A stretch of 64,000 bases of DNA from positions 31,248,001 through 31,312,000 of the forward strand of contig NC_045138.2 in NCBI RefSeq assembly GCF_008831285.2. Reading direction: 5' to 3'. Origin of the DNA: Nymphaea colorata. Lineage: Eukaryota. Below, piece by piece: positions 11,993-24,481 of this stretch (positions are counted from its first letter, which is position 1; each line of letters opens with the position of its first letter). A program made the translations under genes and the position numbers. Below the pieces are notes generated by a model. It was given only the letters and a program-made list of their open reading frames with translations, made no database searches and was not told where the DNA came from.

Positions 11993-13335
11993 CTGCAAAT
12001 GCAGTGAAGGAACCCCATATGAGCTGCCAAATTCTTTAAAATTTCTTCATTTTTACATTAACAATTTTAATATTTATGTTTATACATATATAGTTGCCCC
12101 TTCAAATATGAGTATGTATAAAATGAGTGCTCTTCCATCTAATTTTTTTAGCTCTATTATTGTACTAATGATGAGCTACTGACAAGTTAAAACATCACAA
12201 AAATGAGACTCTCAAAAGAAAATGAGGTAAGAGTTTGGGTGGGAAATTGAGCTCTGTTATTAACATAAATGAAATACTCCTCAAAGGAGTCTGTTCAATT
12301 GAACACTTAAAAATTTAACATCCGGTTGAGTTAATCAACTCCTTCCTCCGTGGACGTCAAAACCTAAAATCGTAAAAATAAGTAAAACTTGACCGCCCGA
12401 TCGACCTTCAGCCCTGCGCCCTTGCCAGTTACCACTCCATGGCTGCTTCCTCTTGAACTAAGAACTGCACAGGTGGCCAGAGCAACAAAGTTTGTCAAAG
12501 CAACACTACGGGAGCGAGGTTAGTCGGAGCGTCAAAGGCCTCCCTACCTCTCTCTCTTTCTCATTTTCTTTATGAGAACGGGGCGGTGTTAATCTCTCTC
12601 ATTCTCCCTCTGCCGGCAAAGAACTGGTTTGTTGTTTCTAGCTCATTCTGTGTCTACTGTCTAGCAATGAACTAACGATTGATGCTTAATTGTGTTTGTG
12701 GCTTTTCAAGGAATAAATTTGATGGGTTTACTCGTCTCTGCGATTGTGTTTCTAGCTCTTTGTGTTTCTAGCTGTGAACTCGTTCTTGTAGTTTAGTTGT
12801 GCTTGTGGGATTTCCGAGGAAAATTGATGGGTTTCTTCTTGTCCCCAAATTGTTATTCGAAGAAAAGGGTTCACTTGGTTTGGTTTTCTTAGAAGTCAAT
12901 TCGACCTCAAGCTCTCTCTTAATCTTTGGCGTCGTGTTTGTGCTTCCTTGAGAGCCTGATAGGGAAAAGGTTGCTCAGTTGGCTCATTTACATGGCTGGT
13001 GATATTTCATGAGGTTCTTAATTGAGTTTCTGTTACCCTCACGATCCTGGTCTTCTTCCATCCTTTTGTATGTCTATGACTCTATGTGATTGTTTATATG
13101 ACAATAAAGCGCAACAATCTAAATTTTCAACTGTTTTTACTTTTTTCTTTTCAAAGTTCATGATCTTCTTTTCTGCTGTTCCTGAGTAGTGAGGGGTTAG
13201 GTCCTTTTTTCTTACAGAGCCCCTTTAGAGAAGTTCACCTGTATTTGACTGCATTAAGCGCATCACTATAATTTTTTTCCCGTGGTAGACAGAAGTTTTC
13301 AAGTTTTTGCCTTCAAGAACAGTGCAAGAGGTCGA

Positions 13336-15430
13336 ATGGCATTGAGAGGGGTTTGGCAGCTGAAAAAGCTTGTTGTGAGCTACTGTGACTGGGGTGGAAG
13401 CAGTCGAGGAATAAGGTGATCCATTTTGATGCAATGCTGTTTTTTTAATTTGTAGCCTGCATAAGTCACTCTATTTTTTATCACTTGCTTTCTGATTGGA
13501 ATCTGGACCTTAGGTTTTTGGTCATAGAGTTTAGCTACATGATCTTGAATCAACCAATCTAAGGTGAAGAATATCAAAGAAACAAACAATAGTTAATGGC
13601 ACTCTCACCTATCTCATACACTGGTATGTTCTTGCTCATGAAGTGTCCTGCAGTGTCGGTTTCATATCATGCCAACGGGAAACTAGTGAGCCTGAGGAAA
13701 GTGGCTGTGAAACAAGTTTTCTTGCTTCTTTCTTCCCATGGACCTGGCGAAATAATTGTTCTTACTACTCAGTTATATTTAAGTCAAAGGGCTTCTATTG
13801 GTAGATTGACTGGCCTAAATTTGTATCTTATCAGTGAAGTATGATTTTAAAATATGGAAACTCAGAGAATATGCATCATTGTTGTATAATTTGAGTGTAT
13901 GAGTTATTCATTCTCAAAATATTTTATGAGGCAACATTTTTTCGTTCGTTGATGTCCGTTTAATTAAGGTTATAAGGAACAATTTATCCATTAAATTGTT
14001 AATCATCATTACAGCCGTCCCAGTGAGATGGCAATATTTGCCGTATTATGGGAGTAGTTAGAGGAACTTATCCTCAGTGGAGGATATAATACATGACGTT
14101 TTCTCTTGTATGGCTCTGCTATTTTGGATTAATACAATAAAATTTCTAAAATTATCCTTTAGTTGTTTTGCATGTGCATTTCAAACTTGGTGAATTTACA
14201 TTGTATATCACAAGTTATATGTCATATATCATAAGCTTCATACTACTTGAAGGTTTGAAATGACTATATGGTAGCGTTTGGATAACACCCTTAAAAAACA
14301 TCTTTTTGTGAAAACTAGGTTTTGTTGAAACTTGGTTTTTTAATCAGTATTTGATGTCCGGTTTCTGTGTTTGGATGACACATCTAAAAGGACCCTTTTC
14401 TGAAAAAGCTGTTTTTCAGAAATTCAGTTTTGACTGTCGCCCTCATAACTACAACCAGGTCACCAAAGAAGAATGTGAAACTGATCTTCCACAATCTCAT
14501 GGTTGTCATGGCAATTATAAAACCAATTGAACAGGTGGAGATTTCAGGAGAAAAATTTAGATAACTTGCAGGATGGAACTTTTGGCAGGGCTTATTTTCT
14601 TCAATACCTGGGTGGTTTATACAGATTTGGCTTGACCAACATCAATTACGTTTGTCCTGAATGGGAGGCAAAAACGTATTTGACAAATACAATTTTCTTA
14701 TGTACGTCAGTTCTAGATAAGCCACTGTCTGCAAGCCAGCTTAATCAATCATTCCTGCTGTATCCCATGAATCTTGGGTTTCCTTATATGGGATCTCTTA
14801 GCCTTTTTCCCAAAATATCAACTTGGTTATCATTTTACTTGTTATAGTATTAGAAATTGGCTATTTTCCTTTGTGGTGAAGTGGTTGAGTTTTCTGTAAT
14901 TCGTTAGACAATGTTAAGCAACCCTTGTGAAAGTATGGGTGCAATGAGGTTGCAGGGCATGCATGGAATCCCATTTGCCAGCATTCAAAGAAAGTAACCC
15001 TCAGCTAGAAGTAGTTACTGAGCTGATTCGTGGTCAGCATCCACACCTGAAGGGCTTCTTCAGTAAGACTTTTGAACCTCCCCTTATTTGAGTGCAAGTT
15101 GTATTTCCTTAGGTTTTTTTCTTTTCCAAGAAACAAAGCAGAATTGGTGCAGTTGCTACTTTTTGTTTGAATTTACGTGAATGCAAAGCATTTGGCAACT
15201 GCATTTTAATGAACAATATGTTTTAACGTATGACATTTGAATTTTAATTTCTTGCAGAAAACAAAAACGAACGAGTTATATGTGTTAAGAATATGACTCC
15301 TGAAGATATACTGCAGCATGCAACCAGTCTAAGAAATGCATTAGGAAGGAAAGTGGTCAAGTTGAAGACCAGGCATCTCACAAAACATCCTACTGTGCAG
15401 GGCACATGGACTACCGATCTAAAATTTTGA
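13336..15430 (+). CDS. MRPL43: Mitochondrial large-subunit ribosomal protein mL43 (L51/S25/CI-B8 family), 119 aa
   Basis: Exons 13336-13415, 14956-15062 and 15258-15430 (360 nt, GT-AG) give MALRGVWQLKKLVVSYCDWGGSSRGIR...NPQLEVVTELIRGQHPHLKG...ERVICVKN...LRNALGRKVVKLKTRHLTKHPTVQGTW. Probable non-coding exon 1 at about 12400-12518, with intron 12519-13217. Confidence 0.93.
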
Positions 15431-15989
15431 AACATTATTTTTATGTTGGCACTGCTTGTCAAATGTGATAAATACCTCAAACATGTTTGCTGGATCCTTT
15501 CTGCGTATAGTAAGGGGTATTTCCTTGATTGTGGATATACCACCATCATACCATGTTTTATGTACGTGATGAAGCTGACACAAGCGGTGAATTGACAATG
15601 TCTTGTTTCTGGTTTCCCAGTTTTCAAAAGTTGTGACGTGATTGGGTTTTATTTACTGTTTATGATGTTTTGAAAAAAACTTGGGAGCTCATACTTCACG
15701 GCTGATTAGTGCGGATGTTTCTGATTTGGTGATTAGTGAGCCAGAATATAACCCCAATAACACTTGGCATATTTGCTTTGTTATTGGCACCCTAGCATCT
15801 TCGAACTATCAGACTCTTCTGGTTTTCATAAAGTTTGACATAATACAGAAAGGAACATTATTTAGTATACCATCTGCCTGTTTGTTGCACAAACCCTTCG
15901 AAAACTGACGGACTACCAGCCACCATTGCATTTTGAAGACTGACCACTGCCACCTGTGAGCGAAGAGGAGACGTCAAATCCCTTTGAAA

Positions 15990-17420
15990 ATGTGATCAGC
16001 ATATGAAAATATCTACCCTCGACGACTTGTGTAGACATTACAGCATACCCCTACGGAAAAAGGTGGCATCCTGGACTTTGCACATATTTGACAGAAATCA
16101 TTTGCTAATACCTGTCAAATTTCCACCAAAAAATCTTGAATAGAAAAAAGAACCCCTTTCCGTATTTGGGTTCCTTCGGGGAGATTTTGAGGATCAACGT
16201 AGACTTCATCCGATAGAATGAGGAAAATTATGTGATCCGGTTGTGGAAGGAGGCATTGACCTGAAAATCTGTCAGTCTTAAATATGGCCAATGTGATCTT
16301 CAATGCTTTAAAAAACATGAAATCAGATTCTAATATTCTATGCGCTAGGTTATTGAGGAAAAAATATATGAACTTTGATAGCTTGTGGACCTACAAAAGG
16401 AAGGGATCTGATTCATGGGGCTGGAAGAACATTTTATGGGGTTGGGATGAGTGGGACATCTTCTGTGCTGGGAATTGAAGAATGGACAGCACATCCGACC
16501 ATGGGTGGACAACTGGGGTTGGGGAATAGTGGCATATCTAGTGGACAGAAGACACTTTCGGCATGTCAAGCCCTTCTTCAACACTTGCGCCTACCTTTTA
16601 GACGCTAACCTTCCATTGCGATTGAGGGATAAATTGAAAAATTCCTTGGATTAATCACGTGTTTGAGAACATGAGATAAAATGATGTGGGGATCTGTGGA
16701 TGCACATAAGTTGTCTAGAAATGAGATTTATAACCAAGTGTGAGTAAAGAAGCCTGAGGATCTACGATGTATTCGAGTATGGAAGAATCAAGAACCACTG
16801 AGAGCCAAATGGGTTCTTTATTTGGCTCTTGACAGTCGATTATGCACTCAGGATCGACTTAAAAGAGCTGGCATCTCTCTGGCCAACAAATGTTTTCTGC
16901 GCAAGAAGAGTTCAGAATTTAATTTCCATATTATGTGGGAGTGTCAGGAAGTGGCAAAAGCATCAAAAGCTTTAATGCACAGATTTAGTGTGCCAATAGC
17001 TCATATCAGTTTAACTAAAAAACTGATCTTATGGTGGTGACAATGGAAATTTAAAGAAAAATGAGCCAAAGAAGCGTGGAGTTCACTGCTTCCATTGATA
17101 GTCTGGAATATTTGGAAAACTAGATATATTTGTGCTTATGTTGAAGAAAGCATTCAGAAGGAAAGATTCTTGCAGAGGTTTGGAATGATCTGAAAAGCAG
17201 TAGATGTGCTCAACAGGGACCGTCAAATGATGTAAAAATGCTGAGTTTGTGGTTTAAAACTTACATTCGGCCTGACCTCATTACGCACCAAACAAAGACC
17301 AACGTGATAAGAATTATTATTTCATTTTCCTTGTGTTCTTTGTCACCACCTAGAGATCACTGATTTGAGAATCAATGTATAAGGGTACATAAATTGGACC
17401 TACCCACACCCACAGTCGGT
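15990..17420 (+). mobile_element. 5'-truncated, degenerate L1 LINE fragment (C-terminal ORF2, zf-RVT region)
   Basis: Broken frames give LRKKY...SDSWGWKNIL, IRPWVDNW, DSRLCTQDRLKRAGISLANKCFL...HIMWEC and LIVWNIWKTR. These parallel the ORF2 C-terminus of the LINE at 46-47 kb. Boundaries are approximate. Confidence 0.8.
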
Positions 17421-17979
17421 AACCATAGTGGAAATGATCGGCAGTGGATTAATATCTGCTCTACTTGTAGCCGCTTTGCATTTGCTGGCATGTAACCAAG
17501 CTAGTCACATTGTCAAACAACGGATATTCATTTGCATGTCCTCCAAAGGCCTATTTACCCACTTCACATATAAACATGCTCTCTCAAAATTCACAGAAAC
17601 TAGCTGTTTATTTTATATTTTCACAAAACCAACTGTGACCATGTCAGGATATTTCCACGAACGAAAGACTAGTCGCTAACTACTTAATTCAAGTTTTTTC
17701 CATTAAAGATCTGAGATGTAAATTTTAGATAATTGACGTTTAAATACTTAAGCCTATCCACACATCAAAGAACTTTATTTGATGATGAAATATACATGAA
17801 CATGACTTAGAGCACCCTAAATTAATCAGAAAAGTTGCAATAGCATTAGTGGGAGCATAATCAAATAAAAGTTAACCATGACTAAGGCAGAGAGTATACA
17901 ATTCAAATAACAGTCACCAATTAGGATGTGCTGAGAATAGAAAAAACCTTTGAATGACTTTTCATGCAACAGCAATACA

Positions 17980-19980
17980 CTGAACAAAAACAGCAGATCA
18001 ACCTTTCTATGTACTAGTCTGATCCTAAATGCTGCAGTCCACCAAGAAGGGATCCAAACAGTTGCAAAACACTTCTGCCTATACAACTCATGGCAAATCA
18101 AGCCAATGCCATTAAATTCTTCACACCCACATGCTGCAATGCACTTCAATAAAAGGACAGATCACATAGTAAAAGAGGTCCAACATACAACCTCTTCCTG
18201 GGTCCTGTTGTACCTTTCTTTACTCCTATGCTCATAGTTGGCTTCCTTCACCTTGTTTTTCTGTGATACACTACTCTTTCTTCTTTTCTTCTTCCAACCT
18301 TTTGAATTTATTGTCCATAAAAAAAAAAAATGGAAGAAGACCACGCAGGTCAAGCTCAAAATCATGCATGATCGGTTGAATTTAGTCCAAGACTCCAAGA
18401 TCAAAGGTCTCATCAGGATTAAGTATACCATGCTCTTCAAAGCAAACCTATAGCAAATCCAGAACAATGACAAAACAAACCAAAAGCACATTATTATGCA
18501 AGTTTACAAATCAAACGCAGAACAGTAATTGCACCATCATGAACCATAAATCCTTCCACGCACAACAAAAATCCTAGCAATATCTTACCTGCATAGCGCA
18601 TCTTACCAATTACTATCCACAAAAATTCTCTCCCCAGATTGGAGGAGAAAAGTTACAAGTTACAACACATAGAGGGAACACTAAGTACTCCCAACCACAA
18701 ACCTATTGTTTGTCTCAACACCAGCAACTAGGATAACCCACCAATGATATTGTTCTAGTTCAGTAGGGATCGCCAGAATAGTGATAAGAAACCATCCAAA
18801 AATATCTTTGACCTACTACTTGCAGACTACAATCACGACAGCATGTTTGGGTATACACTGAAATGCATGAACATTTAAAGCACAACGCTCACAACCAAAC
18901 AAAAAATTAAACATATTTTAGGATGTAAAATAAGTGACTCGCTTTCCCATGAGGAATTAATATTGGAATATCTGGAACCAAGAAATAACAAATCTAGTGA
19001 AATTTGCATCCATTAACAATTAGTAGAAATTTATTGAAGGCAGCCAAGAAACTTTGTTTCAAAATATAAGCATCAGCAAGCCAACATGTTCATATAAAGA
19101 CCGTAATTCATAAAATTGATGCACTTAGACATTTTCCAATAATCTGTCAATAGGATAATGATCAAGACTTGCAAATTCTACAAATGCACAGAAGGAAATG
19201 TTGCTTTAGGAGTGTCGATTACATCAGAACAAAGAAAACTGGACCACCGGGAGCTGGCTGAGAGTTGATTAACAAAAAAAAAAAACATTTTCCTCGTAGA
19301 CAATGAAAGATGAATTTTTATTAGAACACTTCAAGGAGGAGGAGCCGCAGTCAAACTGAAAGGCAAGTGAGCAACTGTCCAAGGAAAGCACCAGACGAGA
19401 CTGAATTTTCATTCCTACAGAAGCGACGAAGTAGTCACGAATGAGAGCAGTCGAAACCCAAAATCAATGCCTAAATAAAACACCCATAAAAAGCCTAAAT
19501 CCGCAATCTAAACCGTTAAATGAAAATGCCGAAATAAAAAACCCCCATAGGGAAGGGGCAAATCGAAATCCCCAAATCGAGAGAGAGAGGGAGAGAGAGA
19601 GAGAGACTCACGCAGGGAGCAGCGATGGGGAGTGGACGCCCGAGGGAAACAGTTGGTCGGGCGATGCCGCGAAGGGCGACGGAGGCGAACAGACAACAGA
19701 GTCGGCACGTCACCAGAGCCGGAAGACGGCAGAGGTGAAATTTTTCGTCGGATCAGTGAACGCTGCTAGATTGCGGGTCTGCGGAGCAGTGACCCGGGTC
19801 CAGTGGCGCAGGTACTCTTTCGCTTCTTGTTCTTTATGTTTCGCGCGATCTCACGCACCAGCCGCCTCTACGCCTGTCATCGCTGCAGCTGTTGAGGACC
19901 TGAGGTCCACCACCACATTCCGTCCGTGAAAAGAACCACCACCGAATCTCCAGGAACCACCATCGCAAGGTAGTCTCTCT

Positions 19981-20044
<64 letters not shown>

Positions 20045-20150
20045 TTTTGGGGAAACCGAACAGTCGCCGCCCCTTCTCTTTCCCAACGGCGGGCGCTCCC
20101 ATTTCCTTCCCCATCCCTTCCTTCCTCTTCCTCCCACCGGTTTTAGGTTT
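17980..20150 (-). ncRNA. Putative spliced lncRNA or decayed gene (no long ORF)
   Basis: Telo-box-like AAACCTAAAA (20141-20150), (GA)n leader and a GC-rich first exon ending at donor GTGAGT (19611). T-rich intron to TTTCAG (18858), donor CAG|GTAAGA (18588), acceptor TATAG (18448). All frames I read contain stops. Confidence 0.45.
19985..20041. repeat. (CT)n/(GA)n microsatellite
   Basis: Visible run. Confidence 0.95.
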
Positions 20151-20260
20151 CAACTTCATCGTGCGGCGATGGCATCTTTGCTCCCTTGTTTTAGCGTGAG
20201 GAAGGAGGAGTTCAGTGTAGGATTAACACACGCAAGTAAACGCACGACAGCAGCCTGAAA

Positions 20261-20836
20261 GGGTTGGAGCCAAATATCTCCACATTGGTTCTTGTTTTTC
20301 TAGCTTGTTTCATGTTGGGAGCTATCCAAGAGCGCAAACAAGTTCAGGGGTGTCAATCCACAATGGGTACTCATCTGCTTTGTCCATCAAGAATTCACTG
20401 TTGAACTTTTATGCAAAATGTGGCAGTATCGGAGATGCAATTAATTGGGCATTATTGGAGATGCAATTAATTTGTTCGATCAAATGCTTGAGAGAGATGT
20501 CATCACTTGGAGCACGATAATTATCAGTTGCATAGTGAATGGGAAAACTCAATTCGGATTGCAGATGTTCAAGGAAATGTGGGATTGAATATGATATTAA
20601 TCCAACTGGTCTCACAATGGTCGGTGCAATTTGAGTTTGTTCAAGCTTAGGTGATGTAAGTGAACTAAACATGGTGCACAGCTGCGTTGTCAACTTGGAT
20701 TTTGAATATGACGTGTTTGTGGTAATTCTCTAGTAGATGTTTACTCAACTTAAGGTGGCATTGATGAAGCACGTTAGGTATTTTTCAATATGAAATGTAG
20801 AAACAAGGTTTTGTGGAATTCCATAATTTCTGGCTT
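20261..20836 (+). pseudogene. PLS-class pentatricopeptide repeat (PPR) pseudogene fragment
   Basis: GLEPNISTLVLVFLAC..LGA...KQVQG / NSLLNFYAKCGSIGDA..LFDQMLERDVITWSTII / MVHSCVVNLDFEYDVFV.NSLVDVY..GGIDEAR*VFFNMKCRNKVLWNSIISG, with frameshifts and stops. The 3' part is duplicated at 21235-21415. Confidence 0.85.
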
Positions 20837-21723
20837 ATTTTATACTGAGCGCTATATTTGAGCATTTCAACAGGAAATCGTTTTTATTCTTTTTCTTTGT
20901 GTTTATACTGTATTGCAAGTCAAATGCAGTGAGATTCCCTTGTTGTGAATTTGTGTCTCTGCAAGAAATAGCATCTATATTGTAAGGAATGAAGCTAGGA
21001 ATTTCAACGGTCAAATTTCTTGTCTGCACAATTTTTGTCCATGCTGCATTTAAATAGAGTGAGACATTGCCATGGACAAATATCTGTGCAATTCACACAC
21101 AGATGATTTTTACTTGTCCATGGATACAAGCATGCATGGATGGAAATCCATGGATCTTTGTAAGTGAACTAAAAATGGTGCACAGCTGCGTTGTCTGGGG
21201 ACAAGCATGCATGGATGGAAATCCATGGATCTTTGTAAGTGAACTAAAAATGGTGCACAGCTGCGTTGTCAACTTGGATTTTGAATCTGACGTGTTTGTG
21301 GTAATTCTCTAGTAGATGTTTACTCAACTTAAGGTGGCATTGATGAAGCACGTTAGGTATTTTTCAATATGAAATATAGGAACAAGGTTTTGTGGAATTC
21401 CATAATTTCTGGCTTATTTTATACTGAGCGCTATATTTGAGCATTTCAACAGGAAATCGTTTTTATTCTTTTTCTTTGTGTTTATACTGTATTGCAAGTC
21501 AAATGCAGTGAGATTCCCTTGTTGTGAATTTGTGTCTCTGCAAGAAACAGCATCTATATTGTAAGGAATGAAGCTAGGAATTGCAACGGTCAAATTTCTT
21601 GTCTGCACAATTTTTGTCCATGCTGCATTCAAATAGAGTGAGACATTGCCATGGACAAATATCTGTATGATTTTTACTTGTCCATGGGGACAAGCATGCA
21701 TGGATGGAAATCTATGGATCTTT
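20656..21723. repeat. Tandem duplication of a ~500-bp unit with an internally deleted middle copy
   Basis: Copy 1 is 20656-21159, the mini-copy is 21160-21234 (head plus tail only) and copy 3 is 21235-21723. All begin GTAAGTGAACTAAA and end ATGGATCTTT. Confidence 0.92.
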
Positions 21724-22852
21724 GTCTGCACCAAACACCCCGTTAGTGCAGATAGCACGGTAGATGACGGACTCATCTCCACGCCGTACAGAAATAGTCT
21801 TCGCGCAATCACACACGGAACATGAATCCACGCTATTCAAAGCGATATCGTGGACATGAGTCCACAAAATTTCGCCCGACCTAAACAAGTCGGACCAACA
21901 TCAATAGACCGAAAATCTGCCCGTTAGGGCTTCATTTCAATCCTCGCAGCATTCTGCCACTTCACTGCTTGCAAGACTCTCCCTCTTCACGCCTTTGTTG
22001 TGTCGTCGTCTCCCTCGCAACATCTGCTGTTCCTTCATCTCGGGCCCCAGTCTCTCTCTGCCAGCACCATGTAGGTAACTTTCTCTCTAGATTGAAGGGC
22101 GGTGATTGGCAACAGCCAGCCAGCAGCCCTCGCCCCCTCTCTCTGTCTCTCTCTTTCTGTCTATATCCCCTCCATCGAAGGACTGCCGGCTCTCTCCCTC
22201 GCTTTCTATGGTTGAGGGGCAGCGGTGGCCCTCCGTCAATCCTTCTCACACTCAAATCTATCTGAAAGGGTGCTGCTGATCAGGGCCATTTCACTTGGAT
22301 TTTGGTGTCCGCTTTTTGCAAGTGACATGGTAATATCTTTTGGTTGATATTGTTGTCTCTTTAGTTGTTCTAGTTTTGTTTGTTCATTTCTGAATGCTGG
22401 TACTGATGCAACAGCAGAAGACTTGGTTTGTCTTATACTCATTATGCGTTGAACTGTGTTAAGACAATATATTATTCTGCGTGTAGAAAGAATTTGGTTG
22501 TTCATGTTGATATTACTGTTTAAAAGGTTTTGTCAGGGTCAGTCAATTTGGGGAGGATCCCAAATTTGTTTGGGTTGTTTTTTATGAGTTCATAATTGGG
22601 CTCATCTTCTGTATCTTGAGCAGGACTCCATACGTGAAGAGGACTTCTTGAGGTTGAGTAGTTATAATCGGTGAGAGCTAAACCCATTTGATGTACATAG
22701 TTAATTAGGTATCATGACTGAAACAATATTGTGTATTATGTTCAATTTTTGGTAGTTGTAGTGTAATAGCTTACATGCAAATGTGGATTTATGTTTTTGA
22801 CATCATGTTGTATTTTGTTATACTAGAAAGTTTCCTTCGATCTAGTTCAAAT

Positions 22853-23183
22853 ATGGGAGATTCAGGGTCATGCAGAGGCGACGCTTTGTCGTGAACCGAT
22901 ACACAGATGGACTACTTAGTCCAAGTTTTAGTTGAGCAGTCTAGATTATCTAGTATGGAATCATGTGGTGGCCTAAAGTCGAAGGTCTACATTGCCATAG
23001 AGAGAAAAATGATTGAGAAATTCAGGCCAGAGTTCACAAAAGATCAGACAAAAAAATAAATTAAAGTATACGAAGCTAACAATGAATGATTGTAAAGAAA
23101 TTCTAAAGACTATTGGGTTTGGATGGGGTCCTATCAACAAGACTATTGATGTGGATCTTATCGTTTGGGCAGATTATATCAAG
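22853..23183 (+). pseudogene. Myb/SANT-like DNA-binding domain relic (PIF/Harbinger ORF1 type)
   Basis: MGDSGSCRGDALS*TDTQMDYLVQVLVEQ...GGLKSKVYIAIERKMIEKF...[frameshift]KNKLKYTK...KEILKTIGFGWGPINKTIDVDLIVWADYIK follows the Myb_DNA-bind_3 pattern (WT....L...L.EQ; KNK.K; SGFGWD...I......W..YIK). Confidence 0.75.
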
Positions 23184-23504
23184 GGTAGTAGAGCAATGAT
23201 CCTATTTATAGGGTATGAATCTTTTCAACACAAAAATTACAGTTATTGTTAAGCGATTGACGGAAATGGCTGAACCTAAGCATTTTAATGCATAGTAGCA
23301 TCAGTTTTCTGGGCACATGACAGATCCTAGCTCTCTCTGTTCTGGTTTCTCCTCCTTTATTCTCTACTGCTGTGACAGATCATTCTACTATGTATTGGTT
23401 GGGAGGACTTTATTCATCTTTTGATTAGGGCTTTCGATCGTTGCTTAAGCGGCACTTTGAGAGTCCATTAAGTTTATGAATATGTTATTCTGTTTGTGAT
23501 TTTT

Positions 23505-23506
<2 letters not shown>

Positions 23507-23583
<77 letters not shown>
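23507..23583. repeat. (AT)n(GT)n microsatellite
   Basis: Visible run adjoining the right end of a CTAWGTCAC-type MITE (ends GTGACATAG at 23669). Confidence 0.95.
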
Positions 23584-23585
<2 letters not shown>

Positions 23586-24065
23586 GCCGTACCCCCGCAC
23601 CCAAGTTTTTTAAAAATGATCCATACCCGTACCTACACCAGCACCCGTACCCGTACCTATGTGACATAGTAATTACAATTCATTTGCTTTTCTAATGCTG
23701 CTCGTTTTTATCTAGACACAGCAGTTGCAGGCTATGATACAATCATATAAGGTACTTTTCTTGCAATATATGTTACTGTCCTTGGATGAGAAAAATAATG
23801 TCACAGACTTTAAAACCATATGAAAGACCATAGTCTCCCCAGTTTCTCCAGGCACAGTTTTCCAGATGAGCACAATGAATACTTGAAGTATATTTTTTGC
23901 CTCTTTTTATTAAACTGCACAGTTTGAGGTGATATGTCTATTTATATGATGCATAAACAAATGAAATGTTTGTCCATGATGAATAAATTGAACTCAACAA
24001 TCTTGGGATCAATTTTTCAGTTTTATTTCTTTTACTTGAAGCATGGATGCTTTATCAACAACTAT

Positions 24066-24481
24066 CTAAGTCACACGGGTGCGGGTGCGATACGGGTGCG
24101 GATACGGGGATACGGGTACGGACATAGCAATTTTCACAATTCTCAGATACGTGGATACGGCAAATATAATATTATCAAAAATTATAAATTGAAAAAAAAA
24201 CATTAAATTAATCGTTCACTATTAAAGTCACAAACAAAACATTGTTTATCACAAAACATTGTTTATCAATATCATCATTCTAGTCATTTATCAGAAAAAC
24301 AGGAAAAAGAAAAACCCAAAGAGAAAGGGGGAAGAGCTCAACTTAACTTAAAATCTGTTTTTTTTTTTTCGGATCGGGTCTAATGCAGACCCGATCCAAA
24401 ACGTATCCATGCTGTATCCGCACCCATATCCCCGTATTGACATGGATACGTGGGCCAAATAGGCATATCCGTGTGACTTAG
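24066..24481. mobile_element. MITE with 13-bp perfect TIR and 8-bp TSD (hAT-like)
   Basis: CTAAGTCACACGG...CCGTGTGACTTAG flanked by a perfect ACAACTAT duplication; GGATACG/GGGTGCG subterminal repeats. Confidence 0.9.

Noticed and set aside
19681..19702. Minus-strand CTCTGTTGTCTGTTCGCCTCC resembles miR858
   Set aside because: Only a 12-nt core matches, with indels on both sides, and I found no complementary star arm nearby.
19877..19963. Peptide MVVPGDSVVVLFTDG resembles a PP2C/SpoIIE metal-binding motif
   Set aside because: It lies in a 28-codon ORF with no other phosphatase motifs; likely chance.
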